Source: Oikopleura dioica (Eukaryota > Animalia > Chordata). From it: 64,000 nucleotides of DNA. The notes beneath the pieces are model-generated. The model worked only from the letters and a program-made list of their open reading frames with translations. It was not told where the DNA came from and did no database searches. Positions within the stretch are counted from its first letter, which is position 1. Every line of letters begins with the position of its first letter. Shown here one piece after another: positions 1 to 13,098 of this stretch. The position numbers and the translations under genes were made by a program. The stretch lies in the NCBI GenBank assembly GCA_907165135.1, contig OU015567.1:15438001-15502000 (forward strand). Direction: 5' to 3'.

Positions 1-2
1 TT

Positions 3-354
3 GAAGTAATTTGCGAGCACTGTGGGGCGAGACTGTGCTCCGAGCCACGGTATTGCAAGGATATGATCGATACGCATATGAAGAATCGCCATCGCGATCG
101 ATATTTACAATTCAGAAGTAAAAGGTACCCGTGGTTTTATGACGAGCCTTCTGTATATTTGCAGTTAAACAAAGCCAGACTAAAACTCCTCGTCACAAAA
201 TGAATACCGCATTTTTAGATCGGAGTACTTTAATCTAAAGTGTCCTGGGTGTCTCTTCTATTTCTCCAGCGAGAAGGCCCTCGATCGGCATGAAGAAAAC
301 TGTCGGCACCCGACCAACCCGCCCTTACTTGATCCTGCAGAAGATACCCTTTGA
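3..354 (+). CDS. 3' end of a zinc-finger protein gene (partial, runs off the window)
   Basis: Manual translation gives EVICEHCGARL...THMKNRH (BED/C2H2-like) and KCPGCLFYFSSEKALDRHEENC (C2HC-like), ending in TGA at 352-354. Splice junctions not fully resolved. Confidence 0.45.
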
Positions 355-768
355 AAGTTCAATCTTTCCCAGCCTATATTTATTTCTCCCTATTATCTAC
401 TACTATTTATTTTGATTAAGTTTAACTATCTTTGTTTCTAACTCTTAAAAGTTTTATTCGATTATGCAAAACAGAAACTCGTACGTTGCAGCGCACGTCT
501 TACAAGGTAAAGATTCGCGAATTGAAAAAGTCTCGCCTACTTTACTTATGCCAACAATCTTAAATTGTAATTGCTCTTGCTTGTGACATTTGTCGACTTT
601 GAAATCTGCGCTACTGATCCGTTACTCTATCTCTTTCCCCTTTCTATCCTTATTCTTTTTTTGATTTTCATTCCCAAAAAGTGTGGTGACATTTCTGGGC
701 ATATACATACTGAAGCAACTGTTGAATATAAATGAATCCTACTCACTCTTTGTTGTCTAGATAATCAA

Positions 769-2913
769 ATGGCGGACGCAGGAGCGTTGCCTCCCGCTGC
801 AGAAGCGGAGGGCGCGCCGAACGGCCAGCCCGAGCAGCAATCTACTTTCAAAATGCTCATGGGCACGGTCGGCAGAATGATGTTCTTCTGGATGATCATG
901 AACTGGTTCAAAGGAGGCGGGCAGAATCAAACTGCGAACCAGCAAGCGGCTGCGCCGGGATCTCCAGCAGCCAAACCATCGACAAATTTATTCAAGCCGG
1001 CGATTGTTTACGACATGAGCGCATATCTTATCGAAACGAATAAAGTAGACTTTGAAGTACACGAACCTGTGTGGGAACTAAAAGAGCTGACTTTTGGCCT
1101 GTGGAACGAGGGCGAAACGCAGGATTCCATCTTTTACAAAGAACTCGAACTTGATTTGAACGCAGAATACGAACAACTGAGAAACAATGGATCACTCTTT
1201 CTTGTTAGCTACATTTATCCTTCGAAAACAAGTCCGAATCCGAAAGCTGAAAACTATGGCAAAAACTTTGTGACTTCGACGTCAAAGAGCATGACAAAGA
1301 TCCGCAAGAAGAAATATCAAGAGACTGTGAACCTTCTCTCTGGAGGAACTGAACGTCAGGAAGACAAAGAAAAGTCTGGGACTACAGAGTGGCTTCCCCA
1401 CTGGCACGGCAACCTGACGATATCACCCGTCTACGATCATACCGCTTGGCCACAGGGGAAAATTCCAGCGCCACTTGATAGATACATTCGTTTCAACAAC
1501 AACGGCAACTATTATCCTGTTCTGTACTTGAACGACTGGTGGAATCTACAGGAAGATTACAAGCCGATTAATAAAACTGACGAGACACTCAAAGTTCACC
1601 TTTGCTTCCAGCCGCTCAGCTTGTTCAAGGTTCGGCGAGATTTATATTATTAAGAATCACCATTTTCTCTTTTAGTTCCAGCTCTATCTTTCTCAGTCAT
1701 ACAACGCGGAAATGTTTTCCATGATTCAAGACGCAGAGGAAGCTGAGGGAGATAAAGATGCGATGAAGGTAACTGACATCTGGTTAATCTTATGCTTAAA
1801 TATCGGTTTTAGAAAATGATCCTTGAGACTCAACCTTGGCTCCTTGCTCTTACAGTCGCAGTTTCTATCTCGCACACTGTTTTCGAAATGCTTGGTAAGT
1901 TGAGTTTCAATGTAGCGTTTTGAATGATTTTTTTAGCGTTCAAAAACGATATCCAGTTCTGGAAGTCACGAGAAAACATTCAGGGACTCTCAATCAGAGC
2001 AGTTTTATTCAACTGTTTCTGTCAACTGATTGTCCTCCTTTATGTATGCGACAACGATACCAACTTTATGGTCAAAGTGTCGATCGGCGTCGGGCTCCTC
2101 ATTGAGCTTTGGAAGGTCACGAAGGTATGCGAAGTTTTAAGGGACTCTACTGATTGTTATTTAGTGTATCATTGTTGAACGAGCTGCTCCCGGTGAGTCA
2201 AACTTCATGGGCTTCAAATTCAAGGAGAATCGATCAAGTGGCGATTCGGAAACATCTGAATATGACAAGCTAGCGTTCAAGTACCTTGGCATGGTTTGTT
2301 TCCCCCTCGCTGCTTGGTAACATACCATTCAATTTATCGTAAATGTTCATTCTTCTTTAGCTACATGGTCTACAGTCTATATTACAACGAGCATCGCGGT
2401 TGGTACAGCTTTGTTCTCCAGTCTGCATATGGCTTCCTTCTGACTTTCGGCTTTATTGCTATGACTCCTCAATTATTTATTAACTACAAGGTAAGTGGAC
2501 CTCGCTTGCACTCTCTCATTCTACATTTTCATTCAGCTAAAATCAACGGCTCATTTGCCTTGGCGAATGATGACTTACAAAGCACTCAACACATTTATCG
2601 ACGACCTCTTTGCCTTTGTTATTCAAATGCCCACTTTGTACAGAATCGGTAATGTCTCTAAAACCCAGTAGCCTAACTGACTGTAACAATCGTAGGTTGT
2701 CTCCGCGATGACGTTATCTTCTTGATTTATCTTTACCAGAAGTGGATCTACCCAACAGATATGAGCCGGCGAAACGAATTTGGAATAACTGGCGAGCAAG
2801 CTTCTGGTGATGCCAAACCCGAAGAAATCAAGGAAGAGAAGAAAGCTGCCATCGAAAACAAAGAGGAGTCAAGCCAGCCTGAAAAGACAGTTGAAGAGAA
2901 GAAGGACGACTAG
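769..2913 (+). CDS. CLPTM1: Cleft lip and palate transmembrane protein 1 (multi-exon)
   Basis: Family motifs YYPVLYLNDWWNLQEDYKPIN, LAFKNDIQFWKSR, NDTNFMVKVSIGVGLLIELWKVTK, GFIAMTPQLFINYK and IYLYQKWIYPTDMSRRNEFG. Short GT-AG introns join the ORF fragments. Confidence 0.92.
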
Positions 2914-3267
2914 CCAGTCTTCTTAGACCAATTTATCTAGAATTTTAATACTTCTTGCGTGTGCCATTCAACGCAACTCCATATCTTCCATGTGTGGCAT
3001 TGAAAATCTGAAAATGCCATTAAAAACAATATTTGTAGAATAATTTTAAGTCCACCAACATGTAATTGTGCAATTATGCATTTCCTTCAATTATTTTGTT
3101 ATAAGCGTCCGCTGCGTGTTACAGTATCAATCAGTAAAGTCGTATTACTGTAATACTAATAGACTGCCTTGATTACCTCAGACCTGAGACCTAATCGACC
3201 TTCATTTTTAGCAATTTTCACTCTTGGTTTTCGGGTGAAAAGTTGGATGGAAAGAAAGGTGGAATAA

Positions 3268-5220
3268 ATGAGTTCCGCCCGGGTGGTCAAATCTATCAAG
3301 TATCCTATCGAAAACGCATTTGTCGAAAAACTCACGAAACAGAATACAACTGAGAGTAGCGCCGATTCTTTCCTCTCCAGACCAAGCAGAGGTACCTTCC
3401 GAATATCTTTGTCCTTTGTTATTGAGCTTTCTCGTAGTAATTTCTTCATCACAAAGTTCTGTCTGTTCTGATGATTTTCCCTGTCTGGCAGAGGAGATTT
3501 CCAGCTTTAAAAACGAGACCAGCTCCATAGAAGCTGGCCGAGTGAACAACAATTCCTACATTCAAATGGAAGGTTCGCCAGCCTTCCCACTCCAACCAAA
3601 GAATCCCAACGAATAGGGTCGCATCTTTGTTTTAATTATCAATCCATGCAAAATTCTAGTGGGACAATTTACGACCCCGAAAAAAGCCCAAGAAAGTGTA
3701 ACATTTGAGTCTGAAACAACGCGCCAAACAACAAACATAAACCGGCCCGAAGATATCACACCTCGACGGTAAATTCCCTATTCAAACATTCACAAAACAA
3801 GCCATCTCATATTCACATTAGTAAAATACTCAAACAACAAGCTTCTATAATTTCATGCTTCAAAAAATGCCCACCAGAAAGGTTCTCATCTCTTTTTTCT
3901 TTCATTGCATCTATCTTTCATGTCTATATAATCCTTTTTGTGGTTACTAATGTACTAACATTACTAACAAACTTGCACAAAAATTACTAATTCGAATAAG
4001 AGAAACATAACGTAACAATGTCTTCAGCGTCAAACCAGGAACAGAGCTAGCAGAGGCTCTATCACGAATAGAGAACGCACAAACGAAGCCAGTTGCCTTT
4101 GCCGTGAGAGCAAATATTTTCTTTTACGGCGTTCCATGCGACGACTGTCCGGCCAGTGGGAATCAAGTTACTTTTGAAGGTTGATTTTGAACAATAGAAT
4201 AAGATCAAATTTCCAATTTAGCTCGTGACTATATTCATATAAAGGAAAAATACTCAACAGACTGGTGGATTGGAAGATTAGTTCGCGAAGGCTGTGAGTT
4301 AGGCTTTGTCCCTTCTGCTGCCAAGTTGGAGCAAATACGAGCTGGCAAGGGGAAGAAGAACCCCCTCAGAGCCGGGTACTTGCCTCTTCTTTTATTCGTT
4401 CGTTTAACTGTTTTTCTAGCGCCGATGGTAATGAAAACGTCGGTCAAAAGAAAAAGGCTTTCTTCAGAAGAGGTCAATCACTTATCAACCCATACGATGT
4501 TGTCCCGAATTCGAGACCAATAGTGCTCGTTGGACCCAGCCTGAAGGGCTACGAAGTGACTGACATGATGCAAAAAGTTATCTTCGATTTCCTCAAGCGC
4601 CATTTTCAAGATAGGATACAGTAAGCATCACACTTTGTGACAAACAATTATCTACACTTATTTGTAGCATCACTCGCGTAACAGCTGATCTGTCGCTGTC
4701 AAAGAGACAGAATCCTGGCGTTGAACGACTCCAGCGAAAAATGCTTGACAAAAATCACCAGCGATGTACTCTTGCTGAAGGTTTGTTTTGCGCGTAGAGA
4801 AACGGGATGGTTATTTGTTTTGATTAGTTGAGCAAGAGATCGATCGAATATTTGAGCTTGCGTCTGGGCTCCAATTGTTGGTGCTGGACGCTGACGCAGC
4901 AAACCTTCCTTCGCAGCTTGCTAAAACATCGCTTGCACCGCTTATTGTATATTTAAAGGTAGCGAGTTTTCTGTCAAAAATGCCCTATCTCATCCCTTTA
5001 GGTAACAAACCAAGAAGTACTGCGTCGCTTGATCAAGTCGCGCGGCAAGACGCAATCGAAATTCATGAACACGCAAATGCTCGTTGCCGAAAAACTGGCA
5101 AACTGCTCTCCTGACAGCTTCGACGTTATTCTAGACGAGAATCAGCTCTCCGACGCTTGCGAACATCTCGGCGAATACTTGGAAGCATACTGGCGCGCCA
5201 CCCATCCCCTCGAAAAATGA
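3268..5220 (+). CDS. CACNB: Voltage-gated calcium channel beta subunit (SH3-HOOK-GK); 5' exons before ~4030 uncertain
   Basis: [91 protein letters not shown], then TGA at 5218-5220. Confidence 0.88.
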
Positions 5221-5864
5221 CCCCCTCCCCGGTAATTTACAAACACCCGCTTATCTCTTTCTTTCTTCATTCTACCCCGATGTTTCATTCCTCCTCCTCA
5301 GTACTATTTAAATCCTCATCTGTGAATTTACCTATTCGCAATTTCGTTTTGAAAATATTCCGAATGATCAAATTACTGTCCTTCAAAATCGACAATGGCG
5401 ACTGTTTTTTTACCTTCTCCAATACGTTCCTCCTCGTTATGTTTTCTTCAGCTCGACTATTTCTTCAATAAAAACTTATCCTTTGACATCAAAACGCAAT
5501 AAAAACATTTCTTCTAAAAACGAATCTACTTCTGTCTGACTTCAAAAAGGCGAGCAGTTTAGGCTAGGAGAGATTAAATTCCTTAAAAATCGAAAAAAAA
5601 TTGAATGATCACAAGATTATATGAGCAAAAAATGCAAGATACTCTCTCTCTCTCACACCTTTTCTGCCGGATTCATGATCTCAAATCTCAGCTTGCTCGT
5701 TTTCTATTCATTCTATTTTTGCATGCGTTCTTCTATGTTCTGATTTATTCAAAATATTTTGATTCTGTTGTATTTTTTCTTTTGCATATTGCTACTATTC
5801 CATTAATAACGAAATTCATTAAAAATTATCAATCGATCCTTTTTAAAATAAAACGTTTAGACTT

Positions 5865-6963
5865 ATGACATCCATTATTGATTCAATCGTTGAGTCGGAT
5901 GTTTCTGAAGCAAGCGATGTATCGGTAGAAAAACCAAAACTGAACCTTCGGGACATCGTGAATGCTCCCCCGTCAGATGTGAAAGAAGCGGAACCGTCAG
6001 TACCAGCGAAGAAACCTCGGAAAAAGAGAATTGTACGCACATTCATTTTTATTTCACATTTTCTGAAAGCGCCATTTTAGCCGCAAGAATTGAAGAATCT
6101 CCAAGACACAGAAGAGTACATGGAAGCGAGCCGGTCCGTAAAAGGTGATGTAAATTCCGAAAGAGGTCGACGACCCCCGCGCCGTGCCGCCGTAATCGCG
6201 CGAGAAAATGTCAACTTACTTCGGGGAAAAGAGCCAACGGCAGCAGAACTAAGAGAAAATCGCAGCTTTGAAAAGTCGCCTGATAGATCTTCCCCAGAGC
6301 CACAGGTTTATATTTTGCCCTCTTCCTTGATTTCAATTCTTTGTTAGGATTCTCTTCGCGATCAAATTATCTCAATCAACTCATCCGGCGAAGAATCGGA
6401 AGCTGAAGCCAAAGAGAAGCCAACGGAACGAAAAAAATCGCCGTCCCCACCTCCAGTTCAGCCAAAACCTCGACGTAAGGAGAAATTTCTAGAGTAAAAA
6501 TAGATTCAACCGATTTTTAGCGCCTCCGCTCAAGAAAGCGCCAAGCCGCGAAAGTGCAATTCCAAAGCCTCCACAGCTAAAACGCCGTCCCGAGCCTCTT
6601 CCAAGCCCCGTCAAGTCCAAGATTCCCAACCTGAGTCCGACAATTTCCAAACTGCCCGATTTCAAGCCAAAGTTAAAAAGCCCGAAAATCGAAGGAGACA
6701 GCAAGAAACCAGAGCAGCCACAGCCAAAGAAAATGAAAGAAGAGAAAAAAGAGCAGCAGGAGAATGAATCGAGCGAAACTAAAAGCAAGAAAGTGAAGAA
6801 GGAAAAAGAGCTGGATCCACAAGACTTGAGCGAGATCAAGAAGAAGAATGAAGAGTACGAGATCGCTTTTCAGAAAGTCTCGAAGCTCTTCTACGATTGG
6901 ATCGAACAACGGGCGAAGACGGCGTCGGAAAATGGAATCTCGACGGAAGCCAGTGCAACTTAA
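5865..6963 (+). CDS. Uncharacterised K/E/P/S-rich low-complexity protein, probably nuclear, about 4 exons
   Basis: ORF fragments 5865, 6090 and 6733 joined by short GT-AG introns. Basic clusters (KKPRKKR) and a helical C-terminus YEIAFQKVSKLFYDWIEQR. Confidence 0.55.
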
Positions 6964-7420
6964 CTCTTTTCATAAATTGCCAATCTCACAATCTCATAAT
7001 TTCTGTGAAACAACAACCTAATCATTTTACTTTTCCAAAATAGCTAGATTCAAAAATCAGTAATATTTCCCAAATATTGATCAACTTTAAGTAGGGCCTT
7101 CACATTAGCAATTATCCTCTTAATTGCTCTCTTCCTTTACAACTTTTACTCCATTTTGAACATTAATTTTTAAAACTATTAGAGACGAAAAGACAACTGT
7201 ACATTGTTAAATATTATATTTAAGTCCTCGCTTTTTGCGAAAAAATAAAGAAAAAAAAATTAAAAAGACTTGTTCAGCTTCTTGATTGTGAAATGAATAA
7301 GCTCGAATTCGCGCCGAAATCTGCGAAGGTTCTTGTGTCTGGATAAGAGTTAAAAATTGAGAAACATTCTTTATCGGCAGTTTAATCATCTCTTAATTTT
7401 GAATACCGCTGAAATGCCCC

Positions 7421-8195
7421 TTGCAGGAGAAAGAACTGACAATAGAAATTTCGCATATTGTAAGAACTTGGGGTGAAATTAAGTCGATCAAACTTCTGCC
7501 GGCGAAAAGAACTTCTTCGTCCAGATCCGCTGAAGTCGAGTATATTTGGCCAGGCAATGCGATGGAGTGCGTCAAGTTTCTCCACGAAAAAGACGTGAGA
7601 GCAGATCTCCAAATGCCGGAATCCACTTTTCAGCAAAGCATCTTTCTTCAAGCCACCTTGCTTCAGAACAAAAAACGAACAGTTTTCAATGATAAAGAAT
7701 TGAAGAAACAATTGCTTTCTGAGGCAAAAACTGCAATCGCAAATGAACCGGATCTTGTTAATTTTGTGGCTCATTCTATTTCAGCTGAAAATCCACCAGG
7801 TATCTGTCTTTCGAATTCGTTGATCTTATTCGGTAGCATTCACTGGGAACACTATCTACGCGCTTCATGACATTCTAAAGGAAATTGAGCCGTTGAATAT
7901 TTCTGATCTTGTCCACGACTTTGACCTCCCCGATCCTCCCGTGCCTGATGACCCTGTTGATACTTCTTCTATACCGCAAGTTTCTTTGTCCTCCTTGCCT
8001 CCAGACATTCGTCACTTGCTGACTCCTTCTAATACCCATCAAAGTACGCAGCGCGTGTTCGTTCAGAATCTCAAAGAATATTTAGCGTCGATTTATGAAA
8101 ATGAGCTGGACGATAGAACTCAATATGCATTTGGTCGAGGAAAGAACACAACCAAGATCAGTACCAGGGATCTTCTCAAGCAACAAAAGCGTTAA
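7421..8195 (+). CDS. Uncharacterised protein with a degenerate RRM-like segment
   Basis: EISHIVRTWGEIKSIKLLP...SAEVEY...AMECVKFLH has RRM-like spacing. Continues into ORF 7893-8195. True start is upstream and uncertain. Confidence 0.45.
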
Positions 8196-8299
8196 TCCTA
8201 AACTTCATTCCAATCCTTTTCACTGCCATGTAATTTATAATCTCTTCCTTGATTTCAATACTTTCATAAAACCGATTTCGAATGTCTATTTTTCAGACA

Positions 8300-11200
8300 A
8301 TGGGACTCGGAAAGCTCTTTATAATATGGGGATTCACCTTTATGGGTGGCTATCACATGTATCGAATGTTTGTGGATCAGAAGTCAAAGATGACTTGGAT
8401 GTGGGAAAAGCCACGGTATCATGAGATCAAACTAGCCGAAAGCGGTTCGCGTAATTCCTATGGATTATACTTCTACGGCGAGGGCCAGTACTTCAAAAAT
8501 GAAATCGCAAAAGGCTTTCGCGATAGTGCAGCTTGGCCAGTTTTGTTTGTTCCTGGCTCTGGCGGCTCCTACAAACAGTGTCGCTCTATCGGTTCCGTGC
8601 TCTATAATAAATGGAAGAAAGCCAAGGAAGCTCCGTATTTTCACACGTACGCTATTGATTTAAAGGAAGAACTTACGGGCATCTACGGGGGACCCCTCGA
8701 AGATCATGTGAAATTCGTACGAAGTGCGATTCAAGAAATTCTCGAGTACTATCCCACTGATGCGAAATTAACAATTGTCGGACATTCGATGGGAGGTATG
8801 GTCGCTAAAGCCGTGGTAAATCAATTCGCCGATCGTGTCAACTTCTTGCTCACCCTCGGTAGTCCTCATGCGTATCCTGTGATTTCTGATAGGATTCTAA
8901 AGAGATTTACCGCGCAGCACTGGAATGAAAAGCTGAAAGTACCATGTCTCAGTGTTGTAGGAGGTCTTCGCGATGTACAAGTTCGATCAGCCCTTTCTTT
9001 CGACGAAGAATGTAAATTTATCAGAGGCGAATCTGTTCCTGGAACTTGGGTTTCTCAAGATCACCAAAGCTTGGTTTGGGATAATGGTCTTGTTCTTGCC
9101 ACAGCGAGGAGTATTTATGACACTCGCAGATATCCAGAAGAAATTTCCCAAGTTCTGAATTATCATTGGGCTGAGAAGACGAATTCTAGTAATCAGTACT
9201 CACCTCCAGTATTTGCTGAATCAGACAGTCCCAATTCTGAAACAACTGATTTACGTCTAGCACAGGGATCTTACAAGCTACCGGAAGTCGAACAAGATGT
9301 ACAGCTTATTGTGTATGGAGACATCCATCGAGTCCAAGTCGAGAAAGAACTATCAAATTCATTCATGATCAGCGAAAAAGAGTTCTTCACTCAAACATCT
9401 ATCACTCCTGATTCCAATGGATTCATTCAAACAAGTGGGGATGTTTCTCGAGCAGTTATTGCTTCAAATGACGTAGTCGTCGTGCCATATGTTATCAGTG
9501 GATTATTCAAGTGGATTCCAGGCATGAGCACAAAGACTATCGAGCTGAAAGGACCTTCGATCGTGGAACTTGAAGGGTTACTGATGACTTATCAAGTATT
9601 TGACATTTCTACAGGTATAAGAATGCTCCTATCGCAACTTTATTTTTTTATTAGATCGTGACTCTCATCTCATCGTTCGCGAAAATGGCAAAGCCTCTAT
9701 CATTGGAAGAAATAATCTGACAGTTTCGTTGACTCGAGCAACGAAGGAAAGCACAACTCAGGGAGGGATTTTTATAATTTTTCCTCTTACTGACTGGAAT
9801 TGTATGAATCCAAACACAGGTTATCGTGCTTCCAGCTATTGGTGAAGATGAAAACATGAAAATGACACTCAATGTCAATATTTTCGCCGTCTTCGACATT
9901 CTATTCAGAGAATACTGGTCTGTGATAGGAATGTCTTTCAAAAAGATTCCCTTTTGGGACAATTAAAAAGAGTAGTAAAATTTCCTGTTTCACGAAAATG
10001 TCTGTCATTCAAAGACTCAATACTCAGTTTCTTTTATTGTCGTTCAAGCAGCCTTCGTGGCGGCGTCAATCGTCCGAGGAAAGCAGGCGACCTGGGTTTT
10101 CTGGGAAGTGCTTTCATTCGTCTCCAAGCCGTATTATATCTGTCCGCTTCTTTCAATCTGCCACGGAGCCTTTACTAAATCCTGGCTCGAGTGGCTAGTT
10201 CCAGCAAAGGTTAGTTTTAAAACATTGTTATAAATTACTCAATTTGATAAGCAAAAGGCTCCTAGAGTGCATTAAAAACGCCTGCAGGTCTATAAACTTG
10301 CTTATAATCCTGTCGGGCGCCGCTTTTTGAAGTAGATTCTCGACTTTGATGTTTTATTCAGGACAGTAAATTTGCGCCAGACTCTGAGGTTCTTGACTCT
10401 CGGGAGCTCTTTCATCCGATCGTTTGCATAATTTGCTTTCTATTTGCCGGAGTCTTTCTTGAGACGCTTGCATTCTGCGTTTATGCTCTCCTCCGTCTGA
10501 CGGCGCTTCTTTTCGGCAGATTCCTCGACCTCTTTCAAATGCTGTTTAGCGTCAAACTTCTCATTTTGGTGAGTTTCATTTATCACCTCCCGTCTAACAA
10601 AAATTTAGGCGTGCTCGGCGATCCTTGTCAAAACTAACGGTGCAAGTGCTCTTTTGCCGATTATACTTGCATCTTTCATTGATCTCGCTTATTTAGGGAT
10701 CCCATATAATATATTTTATAATTTAACCCTTTAGGCGAACGTGGCGTTTTTAAACGCCACGGGATCTTTGGCGGACCATTTCTCTGTGAATTTCTTAATG
10801 AATTCATAAAATTTTCACTTTTCTGAAAAAATTGGACATTTTTCTACATAATGGTCACTTCAAAATAAAATTAACGCAAGAAAAACTTCTTCAAAAATCA
10901 AAAAGAAAAAGTCCGATTCGCCTAAAATAGGCTTACTCACGCGCTTTTCCCTTCAGAAAGGGAAAGGAGAGGGAGAGCGCGCTTCGCTTCCCTGTTTTTC
11001 GGTCTAACTTTGATGAACATTTACAGATATTTAGGACTAATGAATAGAGATAAAATTGACATCTTTAGACGGCCCAAACGATTTTCTAAGTATCAGTCAT
11101 TTTAGAATCAGAGAAATTAACAGAGAAATACTTGAAAAAAGGGAAAAACTTCGTGGCGTTTGAAAACGCCACGCGGCTGCCAACCCATAGAGCCAGGCTT

Positions 11201-11723
11201 GCGCCCAAAGGGTTAAACGCCCAAAATGTAGGATCCCATCTTCAGCAAATACGGAAAAGCGGTAACGCAAAACCTAAAGAACGAGATACCTTCTGGGTCG
11301 ATTTCATCGTCCTCCTATGCTTGCTGCTAGAATTTGCCCTGCTTCTACCTTCATTTATTTTCTGGATTCATCGCAGCGTTCAGATGGATTCCTATGAGCC
11401 GATTCCATTCACCGAAGATCCAGGAGTCATTCCTGGTCTCATAATAACAATTCAATACCCATTCGATTTGGCTGCACTAGAATTGTCTTTTCCAAGGTCG
11501 AGTTCGTCAAATTAAATGAATCCGATTCCCCTATTGAATGGTTTACGAACTTATGAATAGAAAAAATGCTGCTTTGATTCTAGCTGTTTACTCTGGAATG
11601 TACTGTCTCGTCAACATTCATCGATTGACCTTTGTACTTCCGATTCTGATCATTCTCCTGCGATCAGCGTCCTTTTCAACTGCCGAATCAGAAGTTGACG
11701 CTTCTGAAAAGAAAAATGATTAA
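8300..11723 (+). CDS. PGAP1: GPI inositol-deacylase
   Basis: PVLFVPGSGGSYKQCRS, lipase motif GHSMGG, SQDHQSLVW and multiple C-terminal TM exons. ATG lies 3 nt after a TTTTTCAG acceptor. ~1 kb intron at ~10210-11230. Confidence 0.85.
10302..10679 (-). pseudogene. Antisense 126-codon reading frame with two in-frame stops, nested in the PGAP1 intron
   Basis: Reverse strand reads MKDASIIGKRALAPLVLTRIAEHA*IFVRREVINETHQNEKFDAKQHLKEVEESAEKKRRQTEESINAECKRLKKDSGK*KANYANDRMKELPRVKNLRVWRKF...GL*, one frame throughout. Confidence 0.4.
10727..11212. mobile_element. piggyBac-type non-autonomous element (MITE), 486 bp
   Basis: TTAA on both sides (10723-26, 11213-16). Termini CCCTTTAGGCG / CGCCCAAAGGG. Subterminal palindrome CGTGGCGTTT..AAACGCCACG abuts the left end and is spaced ~27 bp from the right end. 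Confidence 0.78.
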
Positions 11724-13098
11724 AACACCTAACTTCTTCAATTCCTTCTTTAGACATTCAATTATCTGTACATAAAAATCGCCAATATCTGATGCTGATT
11801 CCGAGTCTATTTTTGTAGCGAATAAATACCACTATTCTGATTCAAAATGAACCAGCTGCTTGCTCTAAAGTCGGCGCGATCGCTGTCATTAGGCCATAAT
11901 TTCCATTCAACCTCTCGAGTTCAGACAGATCGACTCGGAGCTCAGCAAAGCGTGTTTACTCGAGCAGCATTGGAGCTGAACGCGAGGTACTTGTTTATCA
12001 GTAATAAGCTCTCTCAGCTGTAAGGCAAACAGTCCTTTGAAATGCAGAGCGCGGATAATCCCTTTTTACACTAGATTTCCTTCCCCCGCTCCTTCTATCT
12101 CCGTGAGATTTCCTCCCTCTTCATCTTCTTATTAACCAGCCACTTGACAAAACGCCAGAGCCCTTTTCTAAAAAGGGCATTGTCCGTGTACCTAATTCAC
12201 CATTTCAATGCATTTTAAATTAACCTTTCCAATTTTGCTCCAACTTTCAAACTTTCGGAACGCCATAGAAACAGAAAAGCAATTTGTTTTGCTTACGAAG
12301 TTAATTAAACTGGGAATCGTAACACACGATGCATGTCAAGATGATTGACATCCATCAATCTAGCAAAGACACTTTGACAGAGAGTGAGACCGGTGGAGAA
12401 CGGTCGTATCGCCGGTCACTAATCCAGCGGTCAGTGATACGCTCTTTGTAGAACTTGCAGCATGTTTTACGGCTGTCTCTCTGGTACAGATGATATGTGC
12501 GGTAGAAATTTAACTCTTTTATTTTCTGATGATTTTTATAATCAGAAAAAAACAACCAACGAGATTTTTGAGCCTCAGAATATTACAATTTGAAGCTGAA
12601 CTCTCAAAACATGTCTAGAAATCCTGAGTCAGGATCCTTCGCTTTAGGACCCTGACTCAGGTTACCCCGAGCCCATTGAAAGAGTAGTCAGCATATTTGA
12701 ATGGTTTGAAATATCGTGCTGTTGACCCCCGAAAGCCATTAAAAAGTATATCTTGTTTAATTTCTACTCATGCAATTGGTATTCCTTTATGATTTCCATA
12801 TTCATAAAACATAAATTCAAATTCATGTGCGTAAATTGCGCATTTCCTCGAGCGACCTTCGCGCTCTACTGGAATCGACTGAGCATCACGTGTTCTTTTA
12901 TCCCAGCGCGATAAATAAATACCCGCCATCTGAATCCGTCGGAAGTAGCACAAAAGACTTTATAAAGTGCATACTGCCCTTGAAGTTATTCAAAGAAAAA
13001 GTGTGGGATAGAGCTCGAGTCTAATAACGTCGCTACGAGTGCGGTTTTTTAAATTCTTTAATGCGGAATTAAAAATTATTCTGTACCCCTGTCATCTG

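Noticed and set aside
11847-12200. Small ORF with a mitochondrial-targeting-like start (MNQLLALKSARSLSLGHNF) after PGAP1
   Set aside because: I could not build a consistent spliced model or recognise a family; left uncalled.
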